From assembly GCA_964486045.1 (NCBI GenBank), contig CAZALK010000015.1:1-64000 (forward strand): a DNA stretch of 64,000 nucleotides. Reading direction: 5' to 3'. Of the stretch, positions 50,069-60,407 are shown in pieces. The stretch's first letter is position 1. The number at the start of each line of letters is the position of its first letter. The position numbers were made by a program, and so were the translations under genes. Source of the stretch: an uncultured archaeon. GTDB taxonomy: Archaea > Asgardarchaeota > Lokiarchaeia > Sigyniarchaeales > SOKP01. The notes below the pieces were generated by a model that was not told the DNA's origin, did not search any database, and was given only the letters and a program-made list of their open reading frames with translations.

Positions 50069-52687
50069 ATGACAAAGACGAGTTGTAAAATACTTAAATC
50101 AATTTTATTATTCATAATGATAATTGGTTCTTATCAAGGCTTGATATTTTCTGAAACTAACAAGAATTCATCGAGGAGCGAGACTATCAATAATTTAGAC
50201 GACTTTGCACAAGACTTAGCTACTTCAACTACAAATTGGGCGACCACAGAAATCCTCTCAAATAGTAGTATAGTAGATTCTTATATACCGGCTGTTGCAT
50301 CAGATGGTGCAGGAAACATTCATGTGACATGGTATGATTGGACAAATAATTATAGTGTATTATACAAGTTTAAGAATGCTACAACTGGAGCATGGGCTGT
50401 AACTGAACTAGTCTCAACAGAGACCATAGATGACTCTTATAGACCTACAATTGCAGTGGATAATGTTGGGAATGTCCATATTGCATGGGAGGATAAAACA
50501 GATTATAATGGTTCTGGAACTGATACTGATATATTTTACAAGTTTAAGAATGCTACTACGGGAATATGGACTAATACTGAAGTAGTATCCACCGAAAGTA
50601 CAGGAGGTGGTGGTTCTTGGTGTCCAGCAATCGCTATCGACGGTATTGGGAATATTCATGTAACATGGTACGATTACACATATCTAGGACCAGGAGCGGG
50701 GCCAGACATATTTTATAAGTTTAAGAACGTCACTACAATGGCATGGACAACAACTGAGGAGATTTCTAACGAGAATTACGGTATTTCTTTGCAGCCGGTG
50801 ATTGTAGCGGATGGTATTGGGAATGTTCATATTGCATGGTTTAACGGCTCTGGTGGGGATATGGGGGATGTGTATTACATATTTAAGAACGCTTCCACAG
50901 GTTTATGGACTACTGTTGAAGAGGTTTCTGCCGAAAGTACAAATGACTCCTCATTACCAACGATTGCATTGGATGGTGTTGGTAATATCCATCTTGCATG
51001 GGAAGATTACACGAATTATAGTGGTTCTGGAACGGATGCTGATATATTTTACAAGTTTAAGAATGCTACCACAGGAACATGGACTAACACTGAAGTAGTA
51101 TCTACCGAAAGCACGGGTGGTTCTAGAGCTCCCGCTATCGCTATAGACAATCTCGGGAACATTCATGTGGGATGGATGGACAACATGTTTTATGATGGTC
51201 ATTTCGGAGCGAATATATTTTACAAGCTTAAGAATAACTTTACTAAAACGTGGACGAAAACCGAGGTAGTCACCACGGAGGGCCCAGATGCTTCTGTTAA
51301 TCCTACTATCACTGTGAATGGTGATCGGAATATTCATATAGTGTGGATGGATAACCTTAATTATTCTGGCGCGGGAACAGACTGGGATATATTTTACAAG
51401 TATTATGAAATGGATTTAACTCCACCAAGCTTAACCGATATACAGGTGAGTAGTGATCCATTATTCTTAAATGGAACCCAAACAATCACATGCAACGTTT
51501 CTGATCCATCTGGGATTTTTAGTATTACTGCTTATATTGAACACCCAGATGAAATTATCATAGCTACAATGGTATTATATGATGATGGACTAAATGGCGA
51601 TGGAAATTTCAATGATGGTATTTATGGAAATATATGGGATTCTAATGGTGTTGCTCTCGGGACATATTTCGTTGATATTCTTGCGTTAGACAATAGTTCA
51701 TTTCAAAATAAGGAACTCATTAACAACGGAGTTAGCTTTATAATAGAAGAAGGACCTCCAATAATCACGATCAATTCTCCTACACCAAGTGCAGTATTTG
51801 GAAATGATGCTCCATCTTATAATGTTTCCATACCTGGGCTCTATCATTCGATGTGGTATACGTTAGATGATGGAGTTACAAATATAACTACAAGTGGACT
51901 AATTGGTATCATAAATCAAACTGAATGGGATAAAGAAGGAGATGGAAATGTTACCATCACATTTTATGCAAACAACACCTTTGGTAAAATTGGTTTTAAT
52001 TCAGTAAAGGTAATAGTAGATAAAAATATCCCCATAATCGATATAAATTCGCCAACAACTAACCAGTTGTTTGAGAATAATATTCCAAGCCCAACATTCA
52101 ATATATGGATTAACGAGACTAATCTAGTAGAAATGTGGTATACATTAAACTCAGAATCATTTAAATATTTCTTTTTAACAAATTCATCAATAAATCAGAA
52201 TGCTTGGAACACTTTGTCAGATGGTACGGTAACAATTAGATTTTATGCAAATGATTCATTAGGAAATATAGGATTTGCAGAAGTAACAATCGGTAAAGAT
52301 ATTAGCGCCCCAATAATAACCATCAATAATCCACAAAATGGTGATATTAATGGAGCTACAGCACCCAATTTTAATATATCTATTATTGAACCATTTTTAG
52401 CTAAAACTTGGTATTCATTAAATGGAGGGAACAACATTACTTTTATGGGGCTAACTGGGACAATAAATCAAGCTTTATGGGATGCTTTATCAGAAGGAAA
52501 CGTTATAATTAGATTTTATGCTAACGATACTTTAGGAAGAATAAGCTTCACTGAAGTTGCTGTTGTAAGGATAATTTCTCAATCAAATCTTCCTGGGATT
52601 CCTGGATACAATATATTATTAATTATTGGAATTGTTTCGACTATAACCGTAATAATCATCAAAAAAAGACTAAATCATATAGGTTAA
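50069..52687 (+). CDS. Paralogous cell-surface beta-propeller protein with Ig-like repeats and Loki-CTERM anchor
   Basis: 7 related blades; LYDDGLNGDGNFNDGIYG loop; three PxIxINxP..WY(T/S)L..FYAN units; IPGYNILLIIGIV..KKR. Confidence 0.88.
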   Translation: MTKTSCKILKSILLFIMIIGSYQGLIFSETNKNSSRSETINNLDDFAQDLATSTTNWATTEILSNSSIVDSYIPAVASDGAGNIHVTWYDWTNNYSVLYKFKNATTGAWAVTELVSTETIDDSYRPTIAVDNVGNVHIAWEDKTDYNGSGTDTDIFYKFKNATTGIWTNTEVVSTESTGGGGSWCPAIAIDGIGNIHVTWYDYTYLGPGAGPDIFYKFKNVTTMAWTTTEEISNENYGISLQPVIVADGIGNVHIAWFNGSGGDMGDVYYIFKNASTGLWTTVEEVSAESTNDSSLPTIALDGVGNIHLAWEDYTNYSGSGTDADIFYKFKNATTGTWTNTEVVSTESTGGSRAPAIAIDNLGNIHVGWMDNMFYDGHFGANIFYKLKNNFTKTWTKTEVVTTEGPDASVNPTITVNGDRNIHIVWMDNLNYSGAGTDWDIFYKYYEMDLTPPSLTDIQVSSDPLFLNGTQTITCNVSDPSGIFSITAYIEHPDEIIIATMVLYDDGLNGDGNFNDGIYGNIWDSNGVALGTYFVDILALDNSSFQNKELINNGVSFIIEEGPPIITINSPTPSAVFGNDAPSYNVSIPGLYHSMWYTLDDGVTNITTSGLIGIINQTEWDKEGDGNVTITFYANNTFGKIGFNSVKVIVDKNIPIIDINSPTTNQLFENNIPSPTFNIWINETNLVEMWYTLNSESFKYFFLTNSSINQNAWNTLSDGTVTIRFYANDSLGNIGFAEVTIGKDISAPIITINNPQNGDINGATAPNFNISIIEPFLAKTWYSLNGGNNITFMGLTGTINQALWDALSEGNVIIRFYANDTLGRISFTEVAVVRIISQSNLPGIPGYNILLIIGIVSTITVIIIKKRLNHIG

Positions 52688-52938
52688 AATTTTTAGATTT
52701 AACTTTCATTTTATTAATTTTATATTTAAATACTTAATTAATTTGCTCCCAAGTGAAGAAAAACATAAAGATTCTTGATTCTTGAGCACTTACCTAATTT
52801 AAATTGGTGGAGAAAAATTTTGAAAGTAAACGAGTCAGGTTGAACAAGCTAAAAAAGTCTCATTGAACACTCTTTAAATAAGATCCACAATATACCACAT
52901 TATATTAATTTTTTCCTTCATATATATTATGTTATCGG

Positions 52939-53037
52939 GAAAAAACCGTTCCAGGATATAAAGTATTTCTGCTGATTAGTACAATTTGTGTTGTTTTTGT
53001 AATTCTTATTAAAAAACGAAATAAAAATAAAGTTTAA
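52939..53037 (+). pseudogene. Orphan Loki-CTERM sorting-signal fragment
   Basis: EKTVPGYKVFLLISTICVVFVILIKKRNKNKV* is a close paralog of the 46767..49922 C-terminus, with no gene body. Confidence 0.8.
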
Positions 53038-53353
53038 TATTTTTAATTTATCGTTTCTTTATATTCTCGAAAAATTTAGCAGGGATATTACTTAAATTAC
53101 CAGCATAATGGAGTTTTCCATCCTGCTAATTCTGCTTGCTATTAAATAGTCATTTTTAGGTTGTGGTAAAGTAGGAAAAACATATCTGGAGTCCTTTATT
53201 CTATTTTAATAGGAGTTAGGATTCATACCCAACACAACCCAGATCGAATCAACTAGCTATCAATTAATTTTGGATCCATCCAAAAATTGTGAATTTTTTA
53301 TTTATAAAAGGAAAATTTAATTCCTCTTCAAAATTAAACGATTATTGTAACTT

Positions 53354-54619
53354 TTGAAAATGAGAGTTAAATTAAAGAGTTTAATACTGTATATCTTATT
53401 TCTTGCTTTTATTCAGACCCCAAATACTTCCTTATCATCATATTTCAGTTATAATTATCCATTAATCTCTTCTCCTAGTCACGGTGTTTCTAAATATGAT
53501 ATAACCCAGAGCGTGAAATATCAAGTAGAACTTAATTTTTCATTAACACATAAAGCAGGCATAGGTAGCTATATTTTCCAATTTGCTAGGTTAGGTAATC
53601 GCATTCCCAATTCAACCTTTACTAAATATACTCCTCCTTATCAAGAAAGTGCCCTTTTAATAAATGAGATAAGGGGGCCTAAGCCAATTAGTATTAGAAA
53701 GGGGCATCTTGATAAATTCAATAATACATATGACTCATTCAATGCTACATTGTTACCTTATACTCCGAGATTGTCTAAAATAATCCCAAAAGTAACATTT
53801 AGTCAAATATATGTTATAGAATTAAACGCCATCGAATTTCAGGGTATCGAGGACACTGAAATTGGATCGTATGATCCATCTGATAAAATCTTTGAATTAT
53901 ATTGTAATAATCCAGAACAATATTATGAGCGGGACAATCCTGACTTAATTTCCTTATCAAATAGTATCGTAAATTCTGATGATAATCCTATCGAGAAAGC
54001 AGAAAAAATATTTAACTGGGTCTCTGACAACCTTGATTATAATGGGAACCTGCCACCTCAAGAAAAAGGTGCATTATGGGCTTTTAATAATTTAGAGGGT
54101 GATTGCAGTGAGTATTCAAGTTTAATGATTACTTTATTACGGATACAAAATATTCCCGCTCGAAAGATAACGGGATTCCTATTATCTAACGATCCATCAA
54201 TACATCCTAACACAGGTGATACATGGACTTTCTATGCTTCTGAATCAACTTCAAACATCATAGCGCATGCTTGGGTCGAATATTATGTTCCTAATATAGG
54301 GTGGGTTGCTTGTGATCCTACTTGGAATTCCGGGTCAAATTATTTTAACAGAATAGACTTTCTCAGGTTTAACTTAAACATTGGGGCGAATTTCTTCTTT
54401 CCTCCCTCTAATACTGTGAGTGAGTATTTAAATCCACTATTCAGTTATTCCTTTGGTGCCTTGTACGAATATGATTATACTATAAAAATTACTGTGATTG
54501 AATCTAATATTACAAAATTAAGTTCTTTTCCGCAAGTTGTTTTTCTGATTATAATAGTAGGGATCATTGGGATTATCATAGCTACTGTATTTTTTAAAAA
54601 GAAAAGGTATAGAAAGTAA
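53354..54619 (+). CDS. Membrane-anchored transglutaminase-like protein with intact triad
   Basis: GDCSEYS, AHAWVEY, DPTW; C-terminal TM plus basic tail. Confidence 0.9.
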   Translation: MKMRVKLKSLILYILFLAFIQTPNTSLSSYFSYNYPLISSPSHGVSKYDITQSVKYQVELNFSLTHKAGIGSYIFQFARLGNRIPNSTFTKYTPPYQESALLINEIRGPKPISIRKGHLDKFNNTYDSFNATLLPYTPRLSKIIPKVTFSQIYVIELNAIEFQGIEDTEIGSYDPSDKIFELYCNNPEQYYERDNPDLISLSNSIVNSDDNPIEKAEKIFNWVSDNLDYNGNLPPQEKGALWAFNNLEGDCSEYSSLMITLLRIQNIPARKITGFLLSNDPSIHPNTGDTWTFYASESTSNIIAHAWVEYYVPNIGWVACDPTWNSGSNYFNRIDFLRFNLNIGANFFFPPSNTVSEYLNPLFSYSFGALYEYDYTIKITVIESNITKLSSFPQVVFLIIIVGIIGIIIATVFFKKKRYRK

Positions 54620-54756
54620 GTCATTTATTTTCAATGATAATTATGTTACAAAAATTTTATAAATTTCATATCACATCATTTGATATGCAAAAATTCAATA
54701 TTGCATCAGTTAAAATACGAAATTAAAAAAGATAAAAAAAAGGAGGATCAGACGAA

Positions 54757-55332
54757 ATGGCTAATAACGGGAAGAATTTATGGCTATTATTTACAATTTC
54801 GGGGATATTAGGCACAATATCCTTTTTTTTTCCTTTCATCACAGGTCGATTTGATTGGTATTGGGTTTACTATTATCAAAACATGGAGTATTACATAGCA
54901 ATCTTGTTGATTTTGGGAGGAATTTTATTATTACTGATACCAGGAATTTACAGTAAAATAACAGAGAAACATAGTTTAGATCCATTAGGATTTTTTGGGG
55001 GTTTATTTCTACTATTTGCCCCATTAGTATATTTTATGGGAATACCATTCATGCCATTATTTTTTATATGGGTTCAACCAACATTCTTGATTTCTCTCGC
55101 TGGTGGGATTTTAGGATTAATAGCATGGGTACTTGGACTCAAATATAATAAACTAAATAAGATAAGTAAAGCTGGAATGACTCTAACATCCTATGGATTT
55201 ATGGCTTATCTAGTTAACTTTATTATACCTTCACCATCTTCTTGGGCTTTCTATTTTGTGGTAGGTCCAGTTTGGATTTTAATCGGCTTTGTTATCTTTG
55301 GAATTGGACTCATAAAATCAATGTTTAAATAA
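54757..55332 (+). CDS. Multi-pass membrane protein
   Basis: ~6 hydrophobic helices; strong SD AAGGAGG. Confidence 0.85.
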   Translation: MANNGKNLWLLFTISGILGTISFFFPFITGRFDWYWVYYYQNMEYYIAILLILGGILLLLIPGIYSKITEKHSLDPLGFFGGLFLLFAPLVYFMGIPFMPLFFIWVQPTFLISLAGGILGLIAWVLGLKYNKLNKISKAGMTLTSYGFMAYLVNFIIPSPSSWAFYFVVGPVWILIGFVIFGIGLIKSMFK

Positions 55333-55520
55333 TTCAAACTTTTTTTTCTTTTTATCTAAAATTAGTCCGTTTTGATTTATAATAGATATTTGAATCTTTT
55401 CTAAAAATCTAATTATTTTTTTATTTCATTTTTATATAATTTTCAATTCAAAAATAAGGTTGTAAAATTAACAATCCCAATTTTTATCAAATTTCATCTG
55501 ATTTTTCAATCCACCAACAA

Positions 55521-55586
55521 AATCAGGTTATCTAGAAAATAAAAAATGAATAAGAAATAATACTAATAATCTGTTAAATAGATTAC
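55521..55586 (+). repeat. Copy 1 of an intergenic direct repeat with palindromic core
   Basis: AATAATCTGTTAAATAGATTAC (55565-55586) is identical to 58335-58356; upstream similarity extends to AATCAGGTT. Confidence 0.85.
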
Positions 55587-55590
55587 CGAC

Positions 55591-55899
55591 TCAAATTATT
55601 TTAACAGAATTGATTTTCTCAGATTTAACTTAAATATCGGTGCAAATTTCTTCTTTCCTCCTTCTAATACGGTAAGTGAGTATTTAAATCCGCTATTTAG
55701 TTATTCCTTTGGTGCCTTGTATGAATATGATTACACATTAAAAATTACTGTTATTGAATCGAATATTTCAACCTTAGATTCATTTCCCGATGTTGTTTTC
55801 TTGATTATTATTGTAGGGATCATTGGTGTTATCATAGCTATTGTAGTTTTAAAAAAGAAAAGTCATAGAAAGGATGTTAAAATATATCCAAAGTATTAA
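55591..55899 (+). pseudogene. Duplicated 3' end of the transglutaminase gene
   Basis: SNYFNRIDFLRFNLNIGANFFFPPSN.. paralog of 54335-54619; lacks the catalytic region and a true start. Confidence 0.92.
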
Positions 55900-56008
55900 G
55901 ATATTTTATATTTTCTTGAAGACTTGGAAAAAGGAACAATAATTCAATCAATTTTATAAATCTTTTGCTATTATTTCTATATATTTAAAAGACAGAGATA
56001 AAAGAATT

Positions 56009-58264
56009 ATGAATTTTAATCAGAAATCTGGGGTTAAGTTATGTCTCATCTTCTTTATTTTTGTTATGACAATAATCTTGCCAACGCAAACCTTTAATCA
56101 GGATAATTTGGATATCCAAAAAGATCTCCAAATCTCTTCACCGGATAGTTTAACATCTGATTTCCATGAACTTTGGGGTGGCAGTCAATATGACACTTCA
56201 GAGGCAATCGCACAAGATTCTGAGGGAAATATATACATTGGAGGATATACCTCAATTGCTAGCAGCTTCGACTTTTTTTACGTGAAATATGATCATTTTG
56301 GGGAAGTGATCTTTAACAGAACATGGGGGGGAGGAAATAATGATCAAAGTCATGATTTAATTGTTGATGCATCCAGTAATCTCTATCTCGCAGGGTGGTC
56401 AGTCGATTATGGGGGTGTATTAGTACAATTTGATCAGAACAACAATAAACAGTGGCATAGATCAATAAATGGGGCAATTTATGGTATCGCTTTAGATACT
56501 TTAAATAATATATATGTAGTTGGGAGACTTGATAACACATCAGGCTGGCATGATGATTATTTTCTTGCAAAATACAATACTATAGGAGATCAACTATGGA
56601 ATAATTCTTGGGGAGGACCAGATGATGACATTTGCTTTGATCTGGTTGTTGACTCATTTAATAACATATATATAACTGGTACTACTGAAAGTCTTGGATC
56701 ATTTAATTATGATATATCTATAGCAAAATATAATAATGTAGGAGATTTACAATGGCATACTACCTGGGGGGGAACAGAAAACGAGAGAAGTAATTCTATA
56801 GCAATGGATTCCAACGGAAGTATATATATTACCGGTTTCACTTATAGCTATGGTGAGGGGGAACGTGATGTTGTGTTATTAAAATATAATAACTCTGGAA
56901 CCCTACAGTGGAATAAAACGTGGGGAGGCCCTCTCCCAGATGAAGGAAAAGGAATTGATATTGATGCGCAAGATAATATTTTTATAACTGGGGGTACATA
57001 TAGTTTCTCAACGGATTTTAAAAGCGAGTTATTCATTGTTATCTTTGATAGTTCTGGTGAATTTAAAGATTCTTTTTTTTGGGGAGAGGAAAATTCTCAA
57101 ACAAGCGGGAATGATCTAATAGTAGACTCTTATAACCTTTATATTGTTGGATCTACATCTGGTTTTGGTGCAGGTGGTACGGGAGATGCGTGTTTACTGC
57201 ATATAGTTTATAATCCAATTCAAATGACAGTACCGAGTGATAATTCTATTAATCCCCTTATTATATTGCTAATTATTCTATCTATTATTCTCCCAACTTC
57301 AATTGGATCGTTTGTTATCTTATCAAAAAGAAAAAAGATAAAAAAAAGAGGATTAATAATAGAACCACTTCCCTTCAATAAGAAAACCACTGATCCAATC
57401 AAGGTTTCTGACAATCTAAAAGCCCTAATTATATCAAATGTTAGGTATGGTAGTAATAGATCTAAAACTATTAAACACTTTATCAAATTTTTTAAATTAA
57501 AACTCCCCTCAGAATTGAACGAAGTCTATGAATTAATAATAGAACTATTAAGTATTAACTTCGCCTTTTTTTGGAACAGCATATATAATAAATGTGCCGA
57601 AAAATTAGAGAAACAAGTTCCTCTTAACGAATTTTTAGATTTTGAAAAAAAACTTGTAGAAGATCTTTTTTTAATTGAAGAAATTAATGAAGTTATCCAA
57701 ACTCATTTACTAGGAAAATTTACCTTCCCGCGAATTGAAGCATCTATTAAAGGACATATTTTTATCACTAATTATCGGATTATTTTACCAAGAGGTCATC
57801 AATTATCCACATTAACTTCTGCAGATGCTCTCAGTATGATACCACTGATGAGGGGAACTGCACAAAGAAGAGCTAACAAGATAAATAGAAGAAGAAAAGA
57901 ATTTAATAATGTTATTGCTCAGCAAAAACAGTTTAAGTCATTATACAAACCAGGTGAAGCCTTTATTTTTGGGGTTCCATTCAATCTTAAAGTTGCTTAC
58001 GACATGTCCTTTTCAATGATTTACAAATATAAAACAAAAAAACTAGAAGAAAAAAATTACAAACTAGATTTAAAAATAAAACCAATCGCATACAAAAATG
58101 AATCCCAGCAAGAATTCTTTGAAAGAAAAAAGTTTATTTTTTCCACCATAACTGATGTTTTTTCTCAATATCCTACAATTATATGTCATAAATGCTTTCA
58201 AGTACAGGATAGAACCTTAGATTCCTGTGTTAAATGTGGGACCACACTAAAACCGAAGATTTGA
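56009..58264 (+). CDS. Single-pass receptor-like protein: SBBP beta-propeller, TM, PH/GRAM-like segment, Zn ribbon
   Basis: DSxGNIYIxG..KY..G..W..TWGG repeats; TM ~aa 415-438; GHIFITNYRII; CHKC..CVKCG. Confidence 0.8.
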   Translation: MNFNQKSGVKLCLIFFIFVMTIILPTQTFNQDNLDIQKDLQISSPDSLTSDFHELWGGSQYDTSEAIAQDSEGNIYIGGYTSIASSFDFFYVKYDHFGEVIFNRTWGGGNNDQSHDLIVDASSNLYLAGWSVDYGGVLVQFDQNNNKQWHRSINGAIYGIALDTLNNIYVVGRLDNTSGWHDDYFLAKYNTIGDQLWNNSWGGPDDDICFDLVVDSFNNIYITGTTESLGSFNYDISIAKYNNVGDLQWHTTWGGTENERSNSIAMDSNGSIYITGFTYSYGEGERDVVLLKYNNSGTLQWNKTWGGPLPDEGKGIDIDAQDNIFITGGTYSFSTDFKSELFIVIFDSSGEFKDSFFWGEENSQTSGNDLIVDSYNLYIVGSTSGFGAGGTGDACLLHIVYNPIQMTVPSDNSINPLIILLIILSIILPTSIGSFVILSKRKKIKKRGLIIEPLPFNKKTTDPIKVSDNLKALIISNVRYGSNRSKTIKHFIKFFKLKLPSELNEVYELIIELLSINFAFFWNSIYNKCAEKLEKQVPLNEFLDFEKKLVEDLFLIEEINEVIQTHLLGKFTFPRIEASIKGHIFITNYRIILPRGHQLSTLTSADALSMIPLMRGTAQRRANKINRRRKEFNNVIAQQKQFKSLYKPGEAFIFGVPFNLKVAYDMSFSMIYKYKTKKLEEKNYKLDLKIKPIAYKNESQQEFFERKKFIFSTITDVFSQYPTIICHKCFQVQDRTLDSCVKCGTTLKPKI

Positions 58265-58268
58265 GAAG

Positions 58269-58356
58269 AATCAGGTTCCACAACCCTTACTAAATATGAG
58301 ATTTAGTAAATAAAGAGTGACAATAAATCATACAAATAATCTGTTAAATAGATTAC
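58269..58356 (+). repeat. Copy 2 of the intergenic direct repeat
   Basis: AATCAGGTT..TAGTAAATAAAGAGTGA..TACAAATAATCTGTTAAATAGATTAC. Confidence 0.85.
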
Positions 58357-58419
58357 AAATCTTTTATTTGATGAATTTTTTTCAATATTAAATTAATTAA
58401 GAGTTTACACAAGAGAGAG

Positions 58420-58932
58420 ATGAATTATTCGAGAGAAGAATTAATACAAACGGATGCAACAATGAACCAAATGAGAAATGCAGTATATGAATTAGCGCGA
58501 TTCATGAAGAAAAATGGGTTGACTAATTTAAAAGAGAAATTAAGGAAAATGGGAAATAATATATCCAGAACTTTTATCCGATACTGGAAACCTATAGACA
58601 TAGTCAACCTTTCCAATTTAAAAGATGTTTTGACTACTATTTATCAAAAAATACTCAATAGTTCTGTCTCTATTGAAATCGTTGAGGTTGAAAATTTAGT
58701 CAAAGTTCGAGATTATAAATGTGCTTTATGCAAATATCAATATGATGATGTGGAAATAGCCGGGTGCGAAATTATTTTGGGAATGGTATCTGAAATCATA
58801 AAGCTTATCAACGGAGATGTGGAAGATCTCTCTTCTGTATTAATAGAACCACTTAAAGTAGCAGAATCTCGATCATATGGAGATAAAGTATGTACTCAAG
58901 TTTACAAATATAAAAGTAGTGAGAGGGGCTAG
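58420..58932 (+). CDS. V4R/TRAPPC3(Bet3)-like protein
   Basis: EKLRKMGNNI helix; CALC..GC..G..E...GD..C pattern. Confidence 0.7.
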   Translation: MNYSREELIQTDATMNQMRNAVYELARFMKKNGLTNLKEKLRKMGNNISRTFIRYWKPIDIVNLSNLKDVLTTIYQKILNSSVSIEIVEVENLVKVRDYKCALCKYQYDDVEIAGCEIILGMVSEIIKLINGDVEDLSSVLIEPLKVAESRSYGDKVCTQVYKYKSSERG

Positions 58933-58934
58933 AG

Positions 58935-60404
58935 ATGGGAGCTTTTCAATGGTTAATGAAAAAAATAACTAAGGTCTTTGGACATTCTACAAATGCTCTA
59001 TTTTACACACTTCTTTATCGGGAAATTCTTAAGGAGATTAATGAAATCACCAAGAAGGAAGAAGACAGTCTTGTTGTTCTTAAAGAGATGGGTAAACGGG
59101 CTGGGTATGAATCATGTGAACGTCATTCAAGCGTTTTTAAATTTATGCCTGGATCTCCAAAAAAGATCCTAGAATATTTCGAGATTCTTTGGGTTGTTGT
59201 ATTTGGAAGAGAGTTAGATGATTATTCTTATGAGGAAATTTTTAAAGAAGATTCAAAGTATAATGATTATGTATTAAGAATCAGTAAATGTCCTTTATGC
59301 GCTGGTTACGGGCAAGATATTGAAGATACATTTGATTTTAGTAAAACAAAAAATAAAGAAACAGAAGGATTAGCTTGTGGATTATGTGGAATGTTGGAAA
59401 GTGTTGCTAATTTTATATTAAAAATAAAAAGAAATGATTATAGAATTCAAATAACAGAACAAACCTGCATAGCGAAGGGTGGAGATTCTTTACAATTTAT
59501 CTGTAAAATATATGACTACAATCAATGGAAAAAACTTGTGGATTCAAGAGCTCAAGAAAAAATGACAATAGACGCTTATTTTGGAGATCGATTAGAAGAA
59601 GAGATTATTCAAGAAACGAAGTTTGATATTATTGATAAACTCCAAGATGTTATTTCAATTGATAAATTAGAGGAATATCTTGATGAGCCATTCGAAACTA
59701 TTAAGGAGCGTGTATCTGACATTATTAGAGATAAATTGAACATGGAACCAGAGCATTTTTTTGATTATTTTCGAAATTATGAGGATGATATGATTAGAAT
59801 AATTGGATATTTAGGAATTCATCTTCTAAACGAGTATGGTGGTTTATTAGAAAGATCTCTCAAGAATGAGTGGTTTGCAAAAGTTTTTGGATACATTTTT
59901 AAACAAGTTAAAGAAATGGTTTTGTTATTCATTCCGCTAGATGTGATCCGAGATTACAATGATTTATTAGTAAATTTTTTAGAAGGTTTAGCACCAGTTG
60001 AAATGGTTGATAATATTAGACATTTTACAGGAAGGGATACAATAAATCTATTGTTTGAAGGAGCCAAAATGGCTCTTGAAAACTTAGGAATTGAGTTTAC
60101 TGAATTGAAAGAAAATATTTGGGAAGAATTGAAGAAGGAAAGAGAAGATGGATTACTCCCATCTGAATCAACAACAGTTGATAAGACTCGTGAAAGAGTT
60201 CCACATATTCTCAATATCATTCAAGAAATGTTGATGATAATCACTGATATTTTTACTCTTCCAATTCGTGTGTTAATTTCTGAAAGCCATTACGGGTTAA
60301 AGACAGCAATAAACTCCATTATTTCCGAAGAAGAAGGATTATATGGCTCTATAAAGGAACGGTTTGACAGCATCTTTGATCAGATCGAAGAGATTAGAAA
60401 GTAA
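58935..60404 (+). CDS. V4R/TRAPPC3-like domain with a long helical C-terminal extension
   Basis: LFYTLLY..EEDSLVVLKEMGKRAG; CPLC..CGLCG..EQTCIAKG. Confidence 0.7.
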   Translation: MGAFQWLMKKITKVFGHSTNALFYTLLYREILKEINEITKKEEDSLVVLKEMGKRAGYESCERHSSVFKFMPGSPKKILEYFEILWVVVFGRELDDYSYEEIFKEDSKYNDYVLRISKCPLCAGYGQDIEDTFDFSKTKNKETEGLACGLCGMLESVANFILKIKRNDYRIQITEQTCIAKGGDSLQFICKIYDYNQWKKLVDSRAQEKMTIDAYFGDRLEEEIIQETKFDIIDKLQDVISIDKLEEYLDEPFETIKERVSDIIRDKLNMEPEHFFDYFRNYEDDMIRIIGYLGIHLLNEYGGLLERSLKNEWFAKVFGYIFKQVKEMVLLFIPLDVIRDYNDLLVNFLEGLAPVEMVDNIRHFTGRDTINLLFEGAKMALENLGIEFTELKENIWEELKKEREDGLLPSESTTVDKTRERVPHILNIIQEMLMIITDIFTLPIRVLISESHYGLKTAINSIISEEEGLYGSIKERFDSIFDQIEEIRK

Positions 60405-60407
60405 CAA

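Noticed and set aside
54335-55899. DGR-like template/variable repeat pair
   Set aside because: Differences are mostly synonymous third-position changes rather than adenine-specific, and no reverse transcriptase is present.
37346-58419. Integron, prophage or transposon explanation for the accessory region
   Set aside because: No integrase, transposase, viral structural gene, tRNA or recurring attC-like site seen; only the two-copy repeat at 55521/58269.
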